Assembly (NCBI RefSeq): GCF_006345805.1 | Contig: NC_043015.1 | Location: 43,834,001 to 43,898,000 of the forward strand | From: Octopus sinensis | Lineage: Eukaryota | Reading direction: 5' to 3' | DNA length: 64,000 nucleotides | Shown: positions 48,951-63,062 of the stretch, one piece after another | Layout: the number at the start of each line of letters is the position of its first letter | Numbering within the stretch: position 1 is the first letter of the stretch | The notes under the pieces: model-generated | Seen by the model: the letters and a program-made list of their open reading frames with translations, nothing else | Databases searched by the model: none | What the model was told of the DNA's origin: nothing | Position numbers and translations under genes: made by a program

Positions 48951-49461
48951 TATGTATGTACGTATGTATATATCTATGTATACATGGATTTATCTGATTG
49001 TCTATCTTAGAACTGTGTGTGCCTGTGTATTGTGCATGTGATTGTGTGGGTAGTGTGTGCGCGCATGTTTATGCACGCAAGCTCACACATAAAAAGAACA
49101 TAAAGATAGAAATAGAAGAAATGAAATCCTTCAACATTTATAAATATACATCAACACATTCAGAATGGAGAAATGAATACAAATGATGGAAAGGAAAACG
49201 CTAAAACAGATTTGTTTTTCTGAAGTTCCATGTAAATTAATGCTTGGCATTTTTTTTAAGTGTTGAAATTTCGCAGAATATGTAGATATAAGGGACACGT
49301 TAATGGCCGAATACTGCTGCAATTTCTACATATACACACAGACGCATTCAAATACATACACTCATATACATGCAGGCTAACTCATATACATATAGGCGTG
49401 CTCTCAATATTGAATGTAAAATTGTTATTCCTAAATTTGCATATATCTATCTGTGCGTGCT

Positions 49462-49512
<51 letters not shown>

Positions 49513-49672
49513 GTGTGTGTCTGTGTGCGTGCGTGTATGTGTGTGTATGCTTATGAGTGTGAAAAGAGAGAGCGAGCAAGAATGATAAGTCGATAGATAT
49601 TTCTGTACATATCTCACACACAAACACAACATACACGCACATACACACACATGTGCATATAGACATGAAACA

Positions 49673-49747
<75 letters not shown>

Positions 49748-49830
49748 TCAATTATGTGCGTATGTGTGTATGTATGTATGTATATATTCAATATATATAC
49801 ATACACACAGGCATATGCATATATATATAT

Positions 49831-49875
<45 letters not shown>

Positions 49876-49993
49876 CATACATATATATATAGATATATAT
49901 ATATATATATATATTATATACATATATACAGTATACATATATTAGATATATTATTATACATATACATATATATATATAATATGTATATACATG

Positions 49994-50036
<43 letters not shown>

Positions 50037-50037
50037 C

Positions 50038-50112
<75 letters not shown>

Positions 50113-50603
50113 GGTAAGAAGATAAGACGCACTGAAAGCCTTTGTTAATGAGGCGAACCATTTTTTCCAAAGAATGGATATCAATTCTCATATTCGTCAC
50201 GCTGACATTAAACAGTTAACACTTAGGAATCGCAGTATACACAAGTTCTTGTTGATAATGTAAAATAGATAACCATTATTCGAGGAAAGAAATATGATTA
50301 TAAGGTAACATTTTGTTTTGTAGAAAATTCAGATTAAAGCGAACATTTTTAATTGAGAAGTAAATTTCGATACCCACCACGGCTCCACTTCTCCTTTATC
50401 TTTTCAATGTATGTGCTCAACTTACACGGAAGTAGGTCTAGATATCTGGCTTTGAGAAGGCAGTGATTAGGTATCTCGTGTTATATATTGTAACTATGTA
50501 ATTTTGATATAGAAGTTGCTTTTGATTATTCTTTGTAGTATATTGATAAATTTACACACGCCCACATGCGTGCGCACACACTCACACCCACACACAGACT
50601 CAC

Positions 50604-50646
<43 letters not shown>

Positions 50647-51343
50647 AGAGTTTACGAAAAAAAAACAAAAGACGAAGACAGGTGGTGTACAAAACAAACA
50701 GAAGTATTAGTATAACGCTCAGACATAGAAAAAGTCTTATGTTTCGAGCCTATGCTCTTCTACAGAAAGGGACACAGAAAAAAACAAGGAGAGAAAAACA
50801 TGTGTGTAGTGGCTAACGATCTATCATGGCGACTCATATATATATACACTGTATATATTTAGGTATATATGAATGCATATACATGTCCAAAAATGTATAT
50901 TTCTGTGCATATAATATTCCGCGATGCAGCTGTCATAAGTTGTTAATATTGCTTTAGTATTATTAATATCCAGTAACTGTGAAGATTACTAAATGCACAA
51001 CATATTAAATATTTTTCCAATTCTTAGCTGAAATAATTCTACATCTAGACAGCTAATTCATCTCTGAAAATCTTCAACACGTTATTTATTTTTAAATCGC
51101 TATAAGCATTTCTACTGGAGAAATCAATATCATGTATGTATGTATGTATGTATGTATGTATGTATGTATGTATGTATGTAGTATGTATGTATGCATGTAT
51201 GTTATATAGCATATGTATAGATATATATATATTATATATAATATTATTATATATATATATATATATTATATATATATACTATATATATATAAAGAAAGAT
51301 AGATTGGTAGATAAACGCATTCGATACATAAATATTATGTATT

Positions 51344-51390
<47 letters not shown>

Positions 51391-52213
51391 TATGCGTGTG
51401 GTCTGTGTATGAGTGTGTGTATACATACATATACTCTCTCACCATACACACACGTACATATATGTATAGAGACACATACAAATAGAGAAGGGAAGAGATT
51501 GCTAGATACAGATATAGATTTTAAAACAAATTCTATTGAACAAAAAGTATTATCATTGATAGACATACTTATTGCCAAATCTATTCCTCGTCACTTTTAT
51601 TAGGGAAACCCGAAAATTTCACTAATTAGAGAAAGATTAGCGCGTAAAGACCAGACACTGCAATGGCTGCCAAAACCTAATTATATTCACGACGTGACTT
51701 TACATGTTTGAAATCTAAGCGAATTAATAAAATATTTTTTTGAAAATTTGATATCTCTGTTCCGTAATGATTGCTATGATACTTATGATATTTTATGAAG
51801 CAGATATAATATAATGATAATAACAAATAGAAATAAATAGATATTTAGTATTTATTTATATAAGCATGTATATAAATATGTAAATGTATGTGAGTACGCG
51901 TATGCAAATATATATGACTGTGTGTATGCGATATGTACTGTGCATTACACATGTATATTCACTTAGATATGTGTATAAGTAGATATGAATATATATCTTC
52001 GCTTATAATAATAACTACATATATGTCAATATGTATATTTATACATACATAGATGCATGCATACATCAATAAACACACACACATACATACATGCATACAT
52101 ACATGCATATATATATATATGTATGTATGTATGTGTATTATATATATATATATATATATAAATCGTATCATATATGTACATATTCATATTTATCTTTACT
52201 CATATGTATGCCC

Positions 52214-52287
<74 letters not shown>

Positions 52288-52288
52288 G

Positions 52289-52341
<53 letters not shown>

Positions 52342-52385
52342 ATATATATATATATCTATCTGTCTGTCTATCTCTGTCTGTCTGC

Positions 52386-52459
<74 letters not shown>

Positions 52460-53518
52460 GTCTGTCTAAATATCTATCTGTCTGTCTGTCTATCTATCTA
52501 TTTATCTATCTGTGTATCTATCCATCTACCTATCTGTCACTCTTTATATATATATAGAGAGAGAGGGGGAAGGAGGAGACAGAGACAGAGAGATGAGGTA
52601 GACAGACACATACACTCATACACGCATGCATATATGTGTGTATATATATACATGCATACTCAAAATTTTATACTGCATTACTGCTAATAGAATATTTCAA
52701 TTTCCTCGTGGTTTCCTTCGAATTCATCTTCGTATTTCTCGAATACTCTTTGATTTTTGTTATCTTCTAGATTATGAACATGATACAAGTGCCAGCTCTT
52801 AGCGCCAGACACACGTCATAGTATTTAAAAGGCGAACTATTTTGTTTGGTTAAAAAATATACCATTTTAGAAAGCATATCTAATATTAAATGTAACAAAC
52901 AGAAATAAATACATATTTAGTACTTATGCCACAAAATACAGACATTTCCTCTTATATAATTTCTGTTCTAATAGAGTTTTAAAGATTTTTGTTTGCAATT
53001 GTTAATCTTAATATAATCTGGAATTAGATAATTTTGACGTTAGATAATTGTTGGTGTGAAATGGTTAGAATTTCGAGCTTCAGAGAAATCAATTTCCTTA
53101 CCAGATATTGAACAGGTATATTCTTACGAAAGTGCTACCACTGCTCGCTTGATAATAGTTTTTTTTCTTTCAAGATATTTTATTTATATAATCGAGAACC
53201 AAGCAGTATAATCTCTTATGAAATCATCAGTCCTGCTACATTTTCTTCATTGATTTTTTTTTCTAGTTAGAGAAACTAATAGATTAAGGCAATGCAACAG
53301 ATGAAAGTAGATGCAAAGAACATACACTCGCAGCTACGCTCACATATATTTGCATAAGTACGCTTTTGCGTGTGAGTGTGTCTGGGGCGAGTGAGTGTGC
53401 ATATGTACATGTGTGTATATGTATGTATATATCAGTATACACCCGTACATATTTATATAGATATTTGTAGTAGTGGTTAAAATTTCGCAGTAAAATTCAA
53501 GTTTTTATATACGTGTCA

Positions 53519-53628
<110 letters not shown>

Positions 53629-53637
53629 TCTATCTAT

Positions 53638-53668
<31 letters not shown>

Positions 53669-53794
53669 TTGATCTCTCTGTCTGTCCGTCTCCTCCGTAT
53701 GTATATATATTTATAATTTCTGGTATAAGAACGAGACTTCAAATTTTAGTATAGGATGTTAAGTCAACGCAGTCTTATCTTCTTTATATATACT

Positions 53795-54014
53795 TCTTTA
53801 CTACCCACAAGGTGCTAAACACAGAGGGGACAAACAAGGACAGACAAACGGATTAAGTCTATTACATCGACCCCAGTGCGTAAGTGGTAGTTAATTTATC
53901 GATCCCGATAGGATGACAGGCAAATCGACCTCGGTGGAATTGAATTTGAATCCAGAACGTAACGGCAGACGAAATACGGCTACGCATTTCGCCCTTTTCT
54001 GCCAGCTCGCCCCC
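53795..54014 (-). mobile_element. SINE family A
   Basis: Tail, B box and a partly deleted head. Confidence 0.78.
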
Positions 54015-54293
54015 TTTATATTTACCCATATATTTCAATGATATTTCTACTCTAACATATCCATATATTAGTACAAAACTACTAAATTTATAACCAGTGG
54101 TTGGGGTTGTAAATACAGTTTTATGCTTGCTTATTAATTAGTTTGGTAAGAAACACCAGTCGCATTTCAAGGTTGAAATGAAACAAATGCTCATATGGTC
54201 TTAAATTATATAGTAATGAAGATAATATAATTGTCTTCATTATTCATAATATAACTCCATATATTTGGCAAATTGTTAAACACTCAGGCGTAT

Positions 54294-54340
54294 TGTGACA
54301 CCCAGTGTTTCGACAACGTCGTCTCTCGTCAGCGAAAGGT
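54294..54340 (-). ncRNA. Hammerhead ribozyme-like motif, copy 1
   Basis: Reads CTGACGA-GAGACGACGTTGTC-GAAA-CAC(TGG)GTG-TC, with a GUC triplet at 54299-54297. Stem I partner is not evident. Confidence 0.5.
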
Positions 54341-56208
54341 ACGTGCGTCTATTGAATTTAGGAAGAGTTTGAAAATCTTTTTTTTATAACACCAGCAAGC
54401 AGAATGTGTGCTGGTCGTGCACATAATAAATAGAGTGTCATAATCGTATTTGTTGTAAAGGAGAAATTATTTTCCTGTAACGAAACACAGCAACCATAAC
54501 ATATCTGTAGTCGGCCTATATATATTAAAGATATTGAAGAATATATACCGATCTCATGATGGTGGTTTGTACTGTGTTTCGAAAACAGCTTATCTCAACG
54601 CTCAACCAGTTAGGCTTGAAAATGTGTTGTTACGAATCTTTCAACAGTTGAGTATTTGGATGTTTCATTAGATCTTGATACCTTTTCATATAAGCCGTAC
54701 CATAAAATTAATGAGAAATTTACATATCTATATATAAAACCTCTTCAGGTAGTTTTCGAAACAAATCAATACACAGTATGACTTCTATCCTCTTCACAAC
54801 TAATTGTTTTCCCTCTAAACAACGTTTTAATGATCTGAAAAGATGATGGCTGGGCGAATAAAGAGATTGAGGCAAAATGTCGATATTTAGTGCCGTATTC
54901 TATTCCCTAAGTGACTTGGTCGACGTGTTGTTTTGCATTATTATGTGAGAGCATCGCGCCTTCATGACTGACAAATGCTTTTTCTGCAAATGTTTGTGCA
55001 ATGCTTCCAGCTGACGACAATACTTGGCTCTATTAACTGCCTCGTCTTGGTTTAAAGATTTACGATAGACGACACACTACATATCGCACCAAACACGATT
55101 TATATCTTTTTAACGCTGGGGCTGGATTCTCTTATTTTCATTGGGTGGTAACAAATTTCGTTGGATCTTATCTAACATCATTTTAAAATAGCAGAATATA
55201 CTAGAATATTTCCTTCTAGCTCGATTGCTAAAGAACCCTTTTTGAATTCATACAGAATGTAATGACTGATATATGTCAGGTGTGAATCCATTTTAAAAGG
55301 CTAAAAATCAATACGTGTTTAACCACAGATTTATAGAATAATCCGTAAATAAAGGTGGAATAATAAGAATAAAAAATTAATCTTTATTTGTTGCAATAAA
55401 TATTGTAAAAATACCCACGAACTACCGATGTCGAAAATACAATATGGCGTTCTTTCCAACTTAATGATCGGCAAATGATAAATGTTACAACTCTCCACTT
55501 GGAAGCAGTACCAGATAAATATCTGCGAATACGACATATTCACCTAAACATCGTTTCGCTCTTTATTTATCTATCTTAGTAGATTTGACAGTTCGTATAA
55601 AGCATTTATTTTCAAGTACATTATACATTCATACTGCATTCACTTACGCTCTCTAATTTGGTTTATTTTCATTTCTAAAATCATTTTGTTGATTAAATGA
55701 ATAGTTTATTCATTGTGATATTCATCGTCGCCATTTTTCTTCATTTGAACAGATTCACTTTGAGATCATGATACATAAAATCATCTTAAAACTTATCTCC
55801 AGCAACAGTCTTCGTTAATCCGGTAAACAATTGAGTGATAGGTAATTATTTTTTTGTATTCAAACTTCTATTTCTATTATGATTATACTCACTTGTTTGT
55901 TTAACTGAAATCAATCAATGCTAATTATACTTCGTTTTTAATTACTCATGAAATGCGTATGCAGAACTTTAAAAGCTTCAAAACTTTTAAATTTCAAACT
56001 TGATACATTATTCGATATTTTATTAATCAAATAAAGAATTTAGCATATTACTACAACTTTCTATATAATCGTCTAAATATTATTGTACAATGTAGAAATA
56101 AATAGGAGTAAACGAAGGAAAACATTTCTATCAATATTTCATAAAATTATGTTGCGACATTCACAGTGAGTAGCGACAATCAAACCGATCATCTATTAAT
56201 GCAAGAGA

Positions 56209-56258
56209 CTCTGTGACACCCGGTGTTTCGACAACGTTGTCTCTCGTCAGCCAAAGGC
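56209..56258 (-). ncRNA. Hammerhead ribozyme-like motif, copy 2
   Basis: Reads CTTTGG-CTGACGA-GAGACAACGTTGTC-GAAA-CAC(CGG)GTG-TC-ACAGAG, with a GUC triplet at 56217-56215. Stem I is imperfect. Confidence 0.55.
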
Positions 56259-57655
56259 ACACGCGTCTATTGAATCTAGGAAGAGTTTGAAGATGTTTTT
56301 TTTATAACACCAGCAAGTAGAATGTGTGCTCGTCGTGCACATATTAAATAGAGTGTGTCTTGATCGTATTTGTCGTAAAGGAAAATTTATTCTCCTGTAA
56401 TGAAACACAGCAGCCATAACGTATCTCTGGTAGGTCTATATATATTAAACAGCTTATCTCAATGCTCTAACACAAAAAATATTATCAAACACAGGATCCA
56501 GCAAGAAGCGAACCCAGGCTGTCACTGTCGTAATGTGGAATCCTGTCTGCTAGACCAATAGTGTTTAACTAATTCCATCGTATACGAAGCAGAGTCCTCG
56601 GCAAACATTAGTAACAGCGATTTAACTGATACGAAAACCCACATTGGTCTACGCGAAAGGAAATTTTAAAAACGATATAACAATCATATAGCATCCTTCC
56701 GCCATAGTGAGGAGAACAAAGCTATAAAGTTGGCGATCCACATTTGGGCGCTGAAAATGAGTGATATTCCATATACTATTAAATGAAAAATAACAGAAAA
56801 GTCGAAGCCATACATGAAAGGATCCAATAAATGTGGGCTTTACTTGGCTGAAAAGAGGCAAATTCTATTCAGATCTAAAATTCCGAAATCTATTTTTAAC
56901 TGAAGATCAGAGATATTCAGTAGGTGTAAACATATGGCTAAGTATATTCGAAAAAAAATTGAAAGTTTTCACCGAAAGTGGATGACCCACTTTTTACTGA
57001 AACTTATTTTCTCACTATAATTTTTAAATACTTTTTTCTAGGTTTGTTCTATGTTTTCGAATTTTTCTAATTTTATTTCACCTTTTTGCATTTTCATAAC
57101 GTTTGGAATACAAAGAGAATAGCGTCGAGTTATATCAACATTTACAATTCCTCCATCTTTTCATTTCATTTTTGTTTCATATTATCGACCTTTAAATTTT
57201 CCCAATTATATATCCTCTACCAAATTTTTCCCCTTGTATGTACATCATTTTTGTATATTTATTTACACTGTATATTTAATATATTTTGCATAGTGTGTAT
57301 ACTGTGTGTGGCTTTGTGTATGTATGAAGGCTTCGTACATATAATATAATTTCAGTTTTTCTTTTATATATATATTTTTATTTTGTATTTTTCTTCTTAC
57401 TTTACCTATTCATTCGCGCATATATAATTTTTCAAAATTACATTTCAAAATATATATTGAATATACATTTGAATATTATATATATAATTTTTATTTGAAA
57501 TCCTTTTGTTCTGGTGTTTTTTTTTTGTTATTCATTCACCATTCTTGGGATCTTCAATTAGGTACGTTCTGCATTTGCATCGCTTCACACTTGTTCTCTA
57601 TTTAAACGTAAAATCCTGGTTGCATAGTTCACTCTGCACCTGATGAACGTACTTA

Positions 57656-58307
57656 CACTTGCGTCGGAAATTAATTAGCACTTCTCAAATTTCTACATTT
57701 TCTTACATTTTCTTAATTTAATTAACTTATTATCAGAAACGAACTCGTTTTTAATCAAAAATTTATTAAAACATATCCCAGCACACCACATAATTGTTAT
57801 TAATCGTGAAATTTAGTTACTATCTTGTTGCACCTCCTTTGGCAGCAATGACAGCTGCTACGCGGGTCGGCATGCTGTCTATGAGTGCCTGCAGGTACTG
57901 TGCAGGGATGGCCCCTTATGCAGCAAGAAGTGCCCCAAACAGCTCGTGTCGGTTCCTGTATTGCTGCACATTCAAATCCCTACCCAATCGACTCCAGAGG
58001 TTCTCAATAGGGTTCAGGTCAGGTGACTGGCCAGGCCAGTCCATGATCGTCACCCCATGGTCCTTGAAGAAACCGGTTGTGAGCTTGGCTGTGTGGGAAG
58101 GCGCGTTGTCCTGCTGGAGCACGTACTCCTCGCCACCAAAGAAGTATCCCGTACTATCTCAACGTACTTTGCTGCGTTGATGTTGCCTTCGACGGCATAG
58201 AGCCGCCCAACACCACTGTAGCTGAACGCCCCTCACACCATCAGACCACCCCCACCATGCTTCATGGTGAGCAAATCAAGGGTGCTAATTAATTTCTGAC
58301 GGTAGTG
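57656..58307 (-). mobile_element. Internally deleted Tc1/mariner DNA transposon
   Basis: TA-flanked TIRs: CACTTGCGTCGGAAATTAATTAGCAC and the reverse complement of GTGCTAATTAATTTCTGACGGTAGTG. Residual transposase reads QQDNAPSH...WPGQSPDLNPIENLW. Confidence 0.9.
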
Positions 58308-58594
58308 TATGTACGTGAAACTATTCGTAGCGCATATAATGCATGGAGTATGGAGCATTCAAAGTAATATTAGACTCTCATTAGATGGAGAAAGCTTCTT
58401 ATCGATTTTTACAAAGTTTCGTATATACGTGTAGGAGTGGCTGTGTGGTAAGTAGTTTGCATACCAGCCACATGGTTCTGGGTTCAGTCCCAATGCATGT
58501 CACCTTGCGCAAGTGTCTTCTACTATTAGCCTCGGTCCGACCAAAGCCCTGTGAATGGATTTGGTAGATGGAAATTGAAAGGAGCTCGTCGTAT

Positions 58595-58628
<34 letters not shown>

Positions 58629-58634
58629 CATATA

Positions 58635-60179
58635 GGCCTCGATGTCAACAAAGGTCACGGCCCTGACGGCATACACCCACGGGTTATCAAAGCGTTGGCT
58701 CCGGTCATCTGCGAGCCCTTAACACGACTATTCAATATGTCATTGGCGACGGGTGTTATACCTGCAGACTGGAGAACAGCGATAATCTGCCCAAGTTTCA
58801 AGAAAGGGAGCCGCGAAGACCCGCTTAACTACCGACCGGTTTCCCTTACATCAATTATCAGCAAGATGTTCGAAACCATCCTTAAGAAAAGTATGATGCT
58901 CCACCTCCTAAACACAGCCTCTATCTCTGATTCCAACACGGCTTCGTGCGAAGAGATCATGCTTGACCAACCTACTAGTAATGGAAGAATTGGTGACGCG
59001 CATCCTCGATGATAGTGATGCTGTTGACATTGTTTTACTGGACTTTGCCAAAGCTTTTGACTCGGTAAACCACCGCCTATTGCTTGTCAAGCTTCAAGCA
59101 TATAGTTTCCATCCGGATATTGTACGATGGGTTGGTGTGCTTTCCTCTCAGATCGCTCTTCCAAGTTAATGGTTCGCGGTCCGACGTCTCCAGTGCGAGC
59201 AGTGGCGTGCCTCAAGGTTCAGTGCTTGGGCCCTTGTTGTTCTTAGTCTTCATAAATGACTTGCCCGACGACCTCACGCAACATTTGCCTTCTATTTGCC
59301 GACGATATCAAACTGGTCGCTCCTCGCGGTAATATAGAGGATCTTCGTCGATGCCTCCACCAAATTTGGAAGTGGTCTAACAATTGGGACCTGTGTCTGA
59401 ACGTGTCAAAGTGCTGTCATCTGCCTGTCGGCTCTACTCCTGCAACTCAACTTGATTTCGAGCCGGGTCGTCTGCTGTTTGAGAGGACCGATCAGGTAAA
59501 GGACCTAGGTATCTTGATTGATTCCTCCTTTTCACCTTCGGCCCAGTGCGTCCATGCTGCCAACAAAGCACGCGGAATTCTGTTCTTGATTCGACGGTCA
59601 TTCGGAATGCTCACAGCAGCCATATTCCTACCACTCTATGTCACGCTGGTGAGACCCATATTGGAGTATGGGATTCAAGCCTCTTCTCCTTATCTCCTCA
59701 AAGACATACAGCATCTCGAAAGAGTCCAGAAGCTGGCTACCCGCATGGTTCATGGTCTCAAAAATTTGTCCTACGAAGAAAGGCTGAGGACGCTCGACCT
59801 TTATTCTCTTGAAAAACGCCGCCGCCGTGGTGATCTCATTCTCGCCCACAACATCATAAGCGGAAAGTGTAACCTCTCGAAAGAGCTGTTCTTCACTCCT
59901 GCTCCAGAGCGTCGGCTGCGGGGTCATTCCGAAAAGCTCTACCTGCGACGATTTCATCTCAATCGAAGGAGAGGAGCTTTCTCCGTCCGGGTTGCGGATC
60001 CGTGGAACAAGCTGCCAGACGAGATGGTGAAGATGCCGACGACCGCTTTGTTCAAAGCCTCCCTTGACCTCAAGTGGCCTGAACTCTTTACATGAACACC
60101 ACTCTGTACTTAACTCCATGTCCCCCTACATGGCCTTGCTAGTTGCTTTTGAGCCAAATTAACTAACTAACTAACTAAC
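58635..60179 (+). mobile_element. 5'-truncated CR1-like LINE (RT region to 3' end), frameshifted, inserted in a SINE
   Basis: Three frames give LDVNKGHGPDGIHP, YRPVSLTS, LDFAKAFDSV, GVPQGSVLGPLLF, LFADD and FSVRVADPWNKLP. The 3' tail is (CTAA)n. It splits a SINE into 58432-58595 and 60180-60405. Confidence 0.88.
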
Positions 60180-60441
60180 ATATGTGTATGTGTATGTGTT
60201 TGTGTGTGGGGGTTTGTCCTCCAACATCACTTGATAACCGATGCTTGTGTGTTTACGTCCCCGTAACTTAGCAGTTCCGCTCCGCAAAGCAGCCCGATAG
60301 AATAACTATTAGGCTTATAAAGAATATGTCTTGGAGCCCATTTGCTCGACTAAAGGCGGTGCTCCAGTATGGCCATACTTAAATGACTGAAACAAGTAAA
60401 AGGATAAAATAATGTATATATGTGTCTGTATTATATATATA

Positions 60442-60498
<57 letters not shown>

Positions 60499-60709
60499 TA
60501 AAGTTAATCCAAACAAAAAAGCACAAAAAAATACAACAACGCGAGGACGTGGAACAAATATAGTATTACTGGACGCTCAGGAAAGAAGGAAAGAAGGAGG
60601 GTTTAACGTTTCGAGCGGAGCTCTTCGTTGGAAACATAGGAAAAGGAAAGATCTAGAGAAGGGAAGACAGAGGAAAAAAAATCGCCAACGGTACACAGGC
60701 GGTCACATT

Positions 60710-60803
<94 letters not shown>

Positions 60804-60931
60804 TGTGTATAGGTGCAGGCGTGGCGTTATGATTGGGAGCTTGCTTCCTAATCGCATGGTTCCTGATCGAGTCCCAATGTGTGACATCTTTGTGACTGTA
60901 TTTGATTGACGGATACTGAAAGAAGCTTGTC

Positions 60932-60967
<36 letters not shown>

Positions 60968-62151
60968 TATAAATAAAGGTATCTGAGAGATACCACTATG
61001 CCGAAATAGCAGTCAATACCTCGACTCCAAAAACCACCTTAAATGTTCATATCGCTCCATGAGATAAGACAGAGAGACAAAATAAAATAGGAAAAAAAGA
61101 TTTTACAGGATAATTCTAGATCCTGGATTTCTGGCTTTGCTTCTAATAAGCTCTGCCTTCGTCAGTTGAATATACTAGATGGGTACATAAATACAAATAT
61201 ATATACAGAACACGCGTTATACTTCCATATACGAACGTCCTTACATACATATATATGCACGTATGTACAGGACCAGTCCAAAATGTCCGCCAACCACCTC
61301 ACAAGCGCCATATGGTCAAAAATAAACACCGCAGTGAATACATTGGCGAATTATATAAAAATTTATAAATAAGGATAATATCGATATTTAAATATCGATC
61401 TTATCAAGTAGCCAGCATGGGAATAAATACCATACAAACGTAATAATTATTTAAGACTATAAATAAGGGTATCTGAGAGATACCGCCATGCCGAAATAGC
61501 AGTCAAGACCCCCGACTCCAAGAACCACCTTAAGTGTTTATATCGCGCCATATTATTAGTTTATTTTGTCTCTCTGTCTTATCTCATGGGTCGATAAAGT
61601 CATAGAGTTTGTCAGGGTATGTGATAGAGTGCTTAAGCTTTAGCTAGTCCTGCACAGCTACAATTATCTCTGCCTACGCCCCACAAGCGGGTCAACCATT
61701 TACCGAATGAACACCAATTCTTTTCCCCACCCGAGATTTCAACTAACATGAGAACGAAAATTGGTACGATGTTTTTTTGAGAAATGATTCAGATGTCACA
61801 CAGAACTTTTGCAAACACGTTGTAAATCCGCACTATAAGACAATATACAATTGGAAATGCTATATAAAAACCAAAAATGCGGTGAAAATTTGTAGTTCCT
61901 TCATATAAGCTATGAAAGACTCTGTCACATTGCATTACCTTACACACTCTGGATGAATCAACATGAATAAGTTTATGTTCTTCTTTTCATTCCTCTGCTT
62001 GTTTGAATTTTTAATGTTTTGCTATTGCATAATTCTCTTATATTCTTCTTCCTGAATATAAAGAAAGAAAACACAATTATTCGCCTTGTTAAAAGGGTAA
62101 CACACAAAAACATACGCATGAAGCATCCATGAGTAATGGCACACATTTGTT

Positions 62152-62190
<39 letters not shown>

Positions 62191-62238
62191 CATATATATG
62201 ACATGTATATATGTGGATAACTGCCTACGTATAAGTGA

Positions 62239-62284
<46 letters not shown>

Positions 62285-62299
62285 ATAAATAACTGCTCA

Positions 62300-62330
<31 letters not shown>

Positions 62331-62677
62331 CATGTATATATAAACATACCTATATACGGTAATGTATGTTCAATGTGAGTATATATGTACTGGTATATAT
62401 ATACGAGTGTGTTTTAAGTTTACACAAACGCCTGTATATACATGTACAGGTATACGTGTAAACATGTATTTATTTGCATGTGTACAATAAAAGCTATATA
62501 AATTGGTAGGAAGATCAAGAATGTGTATATAAGCGAACATATGAACGCATATATATATATATATTGCTACAATTCTCTATTTCTATATATGGGATTATGT
62601 GTTTTTATATAATTATATATATATTTATATATATATGTATGTGTGTGTATGTATATGTGTATAGATATGTATATATG

Positions 62678-62713
<36 letters not shown>

Positions 62714-62727
62714 AGGTGAAGTGAAGC

Positions 62728-63062
62728 TGCATGACTCAGCGGTTAGAGTGTCGAACTTACGATCGTTAGGTTGTGAGATCGAATCCCGGACCGGGCTGCG
62801 TATTGTGTTCTTGAGCAAGACACTTTATTTCACGTTGCTCCACTTAAGTCAGCTGTAGAATTGAGTTGCGATGTCACAAGTGCCAAGCTGTATCGGCCTC
62901 TTCCTTTCCCACGGATAACACTGGTGGCATGGAGATGGGAGGCTGGCATGCTAGGGCAACTGCTGGTCTTCCATAAACAACCTTGCCCGGACTTGTGCCT
63001 GGGAGGGTAACTTTCTAGGTGCAATCCCATGCTCAGTCGTGACCGAAGGGTTTCTCTACACA
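62728..63062 (+). mobile_element. SINE family E
   Basis: Reverse-complement homolog of 19068-19398. Confidence 0.8.

Noticed and set aside
59628-60119. 163-aa minus-strand ORF overlapping the LINE
   Set aside because: Antisense shadow of the GC-balanced CR1-like RT frame; no independent evidence.
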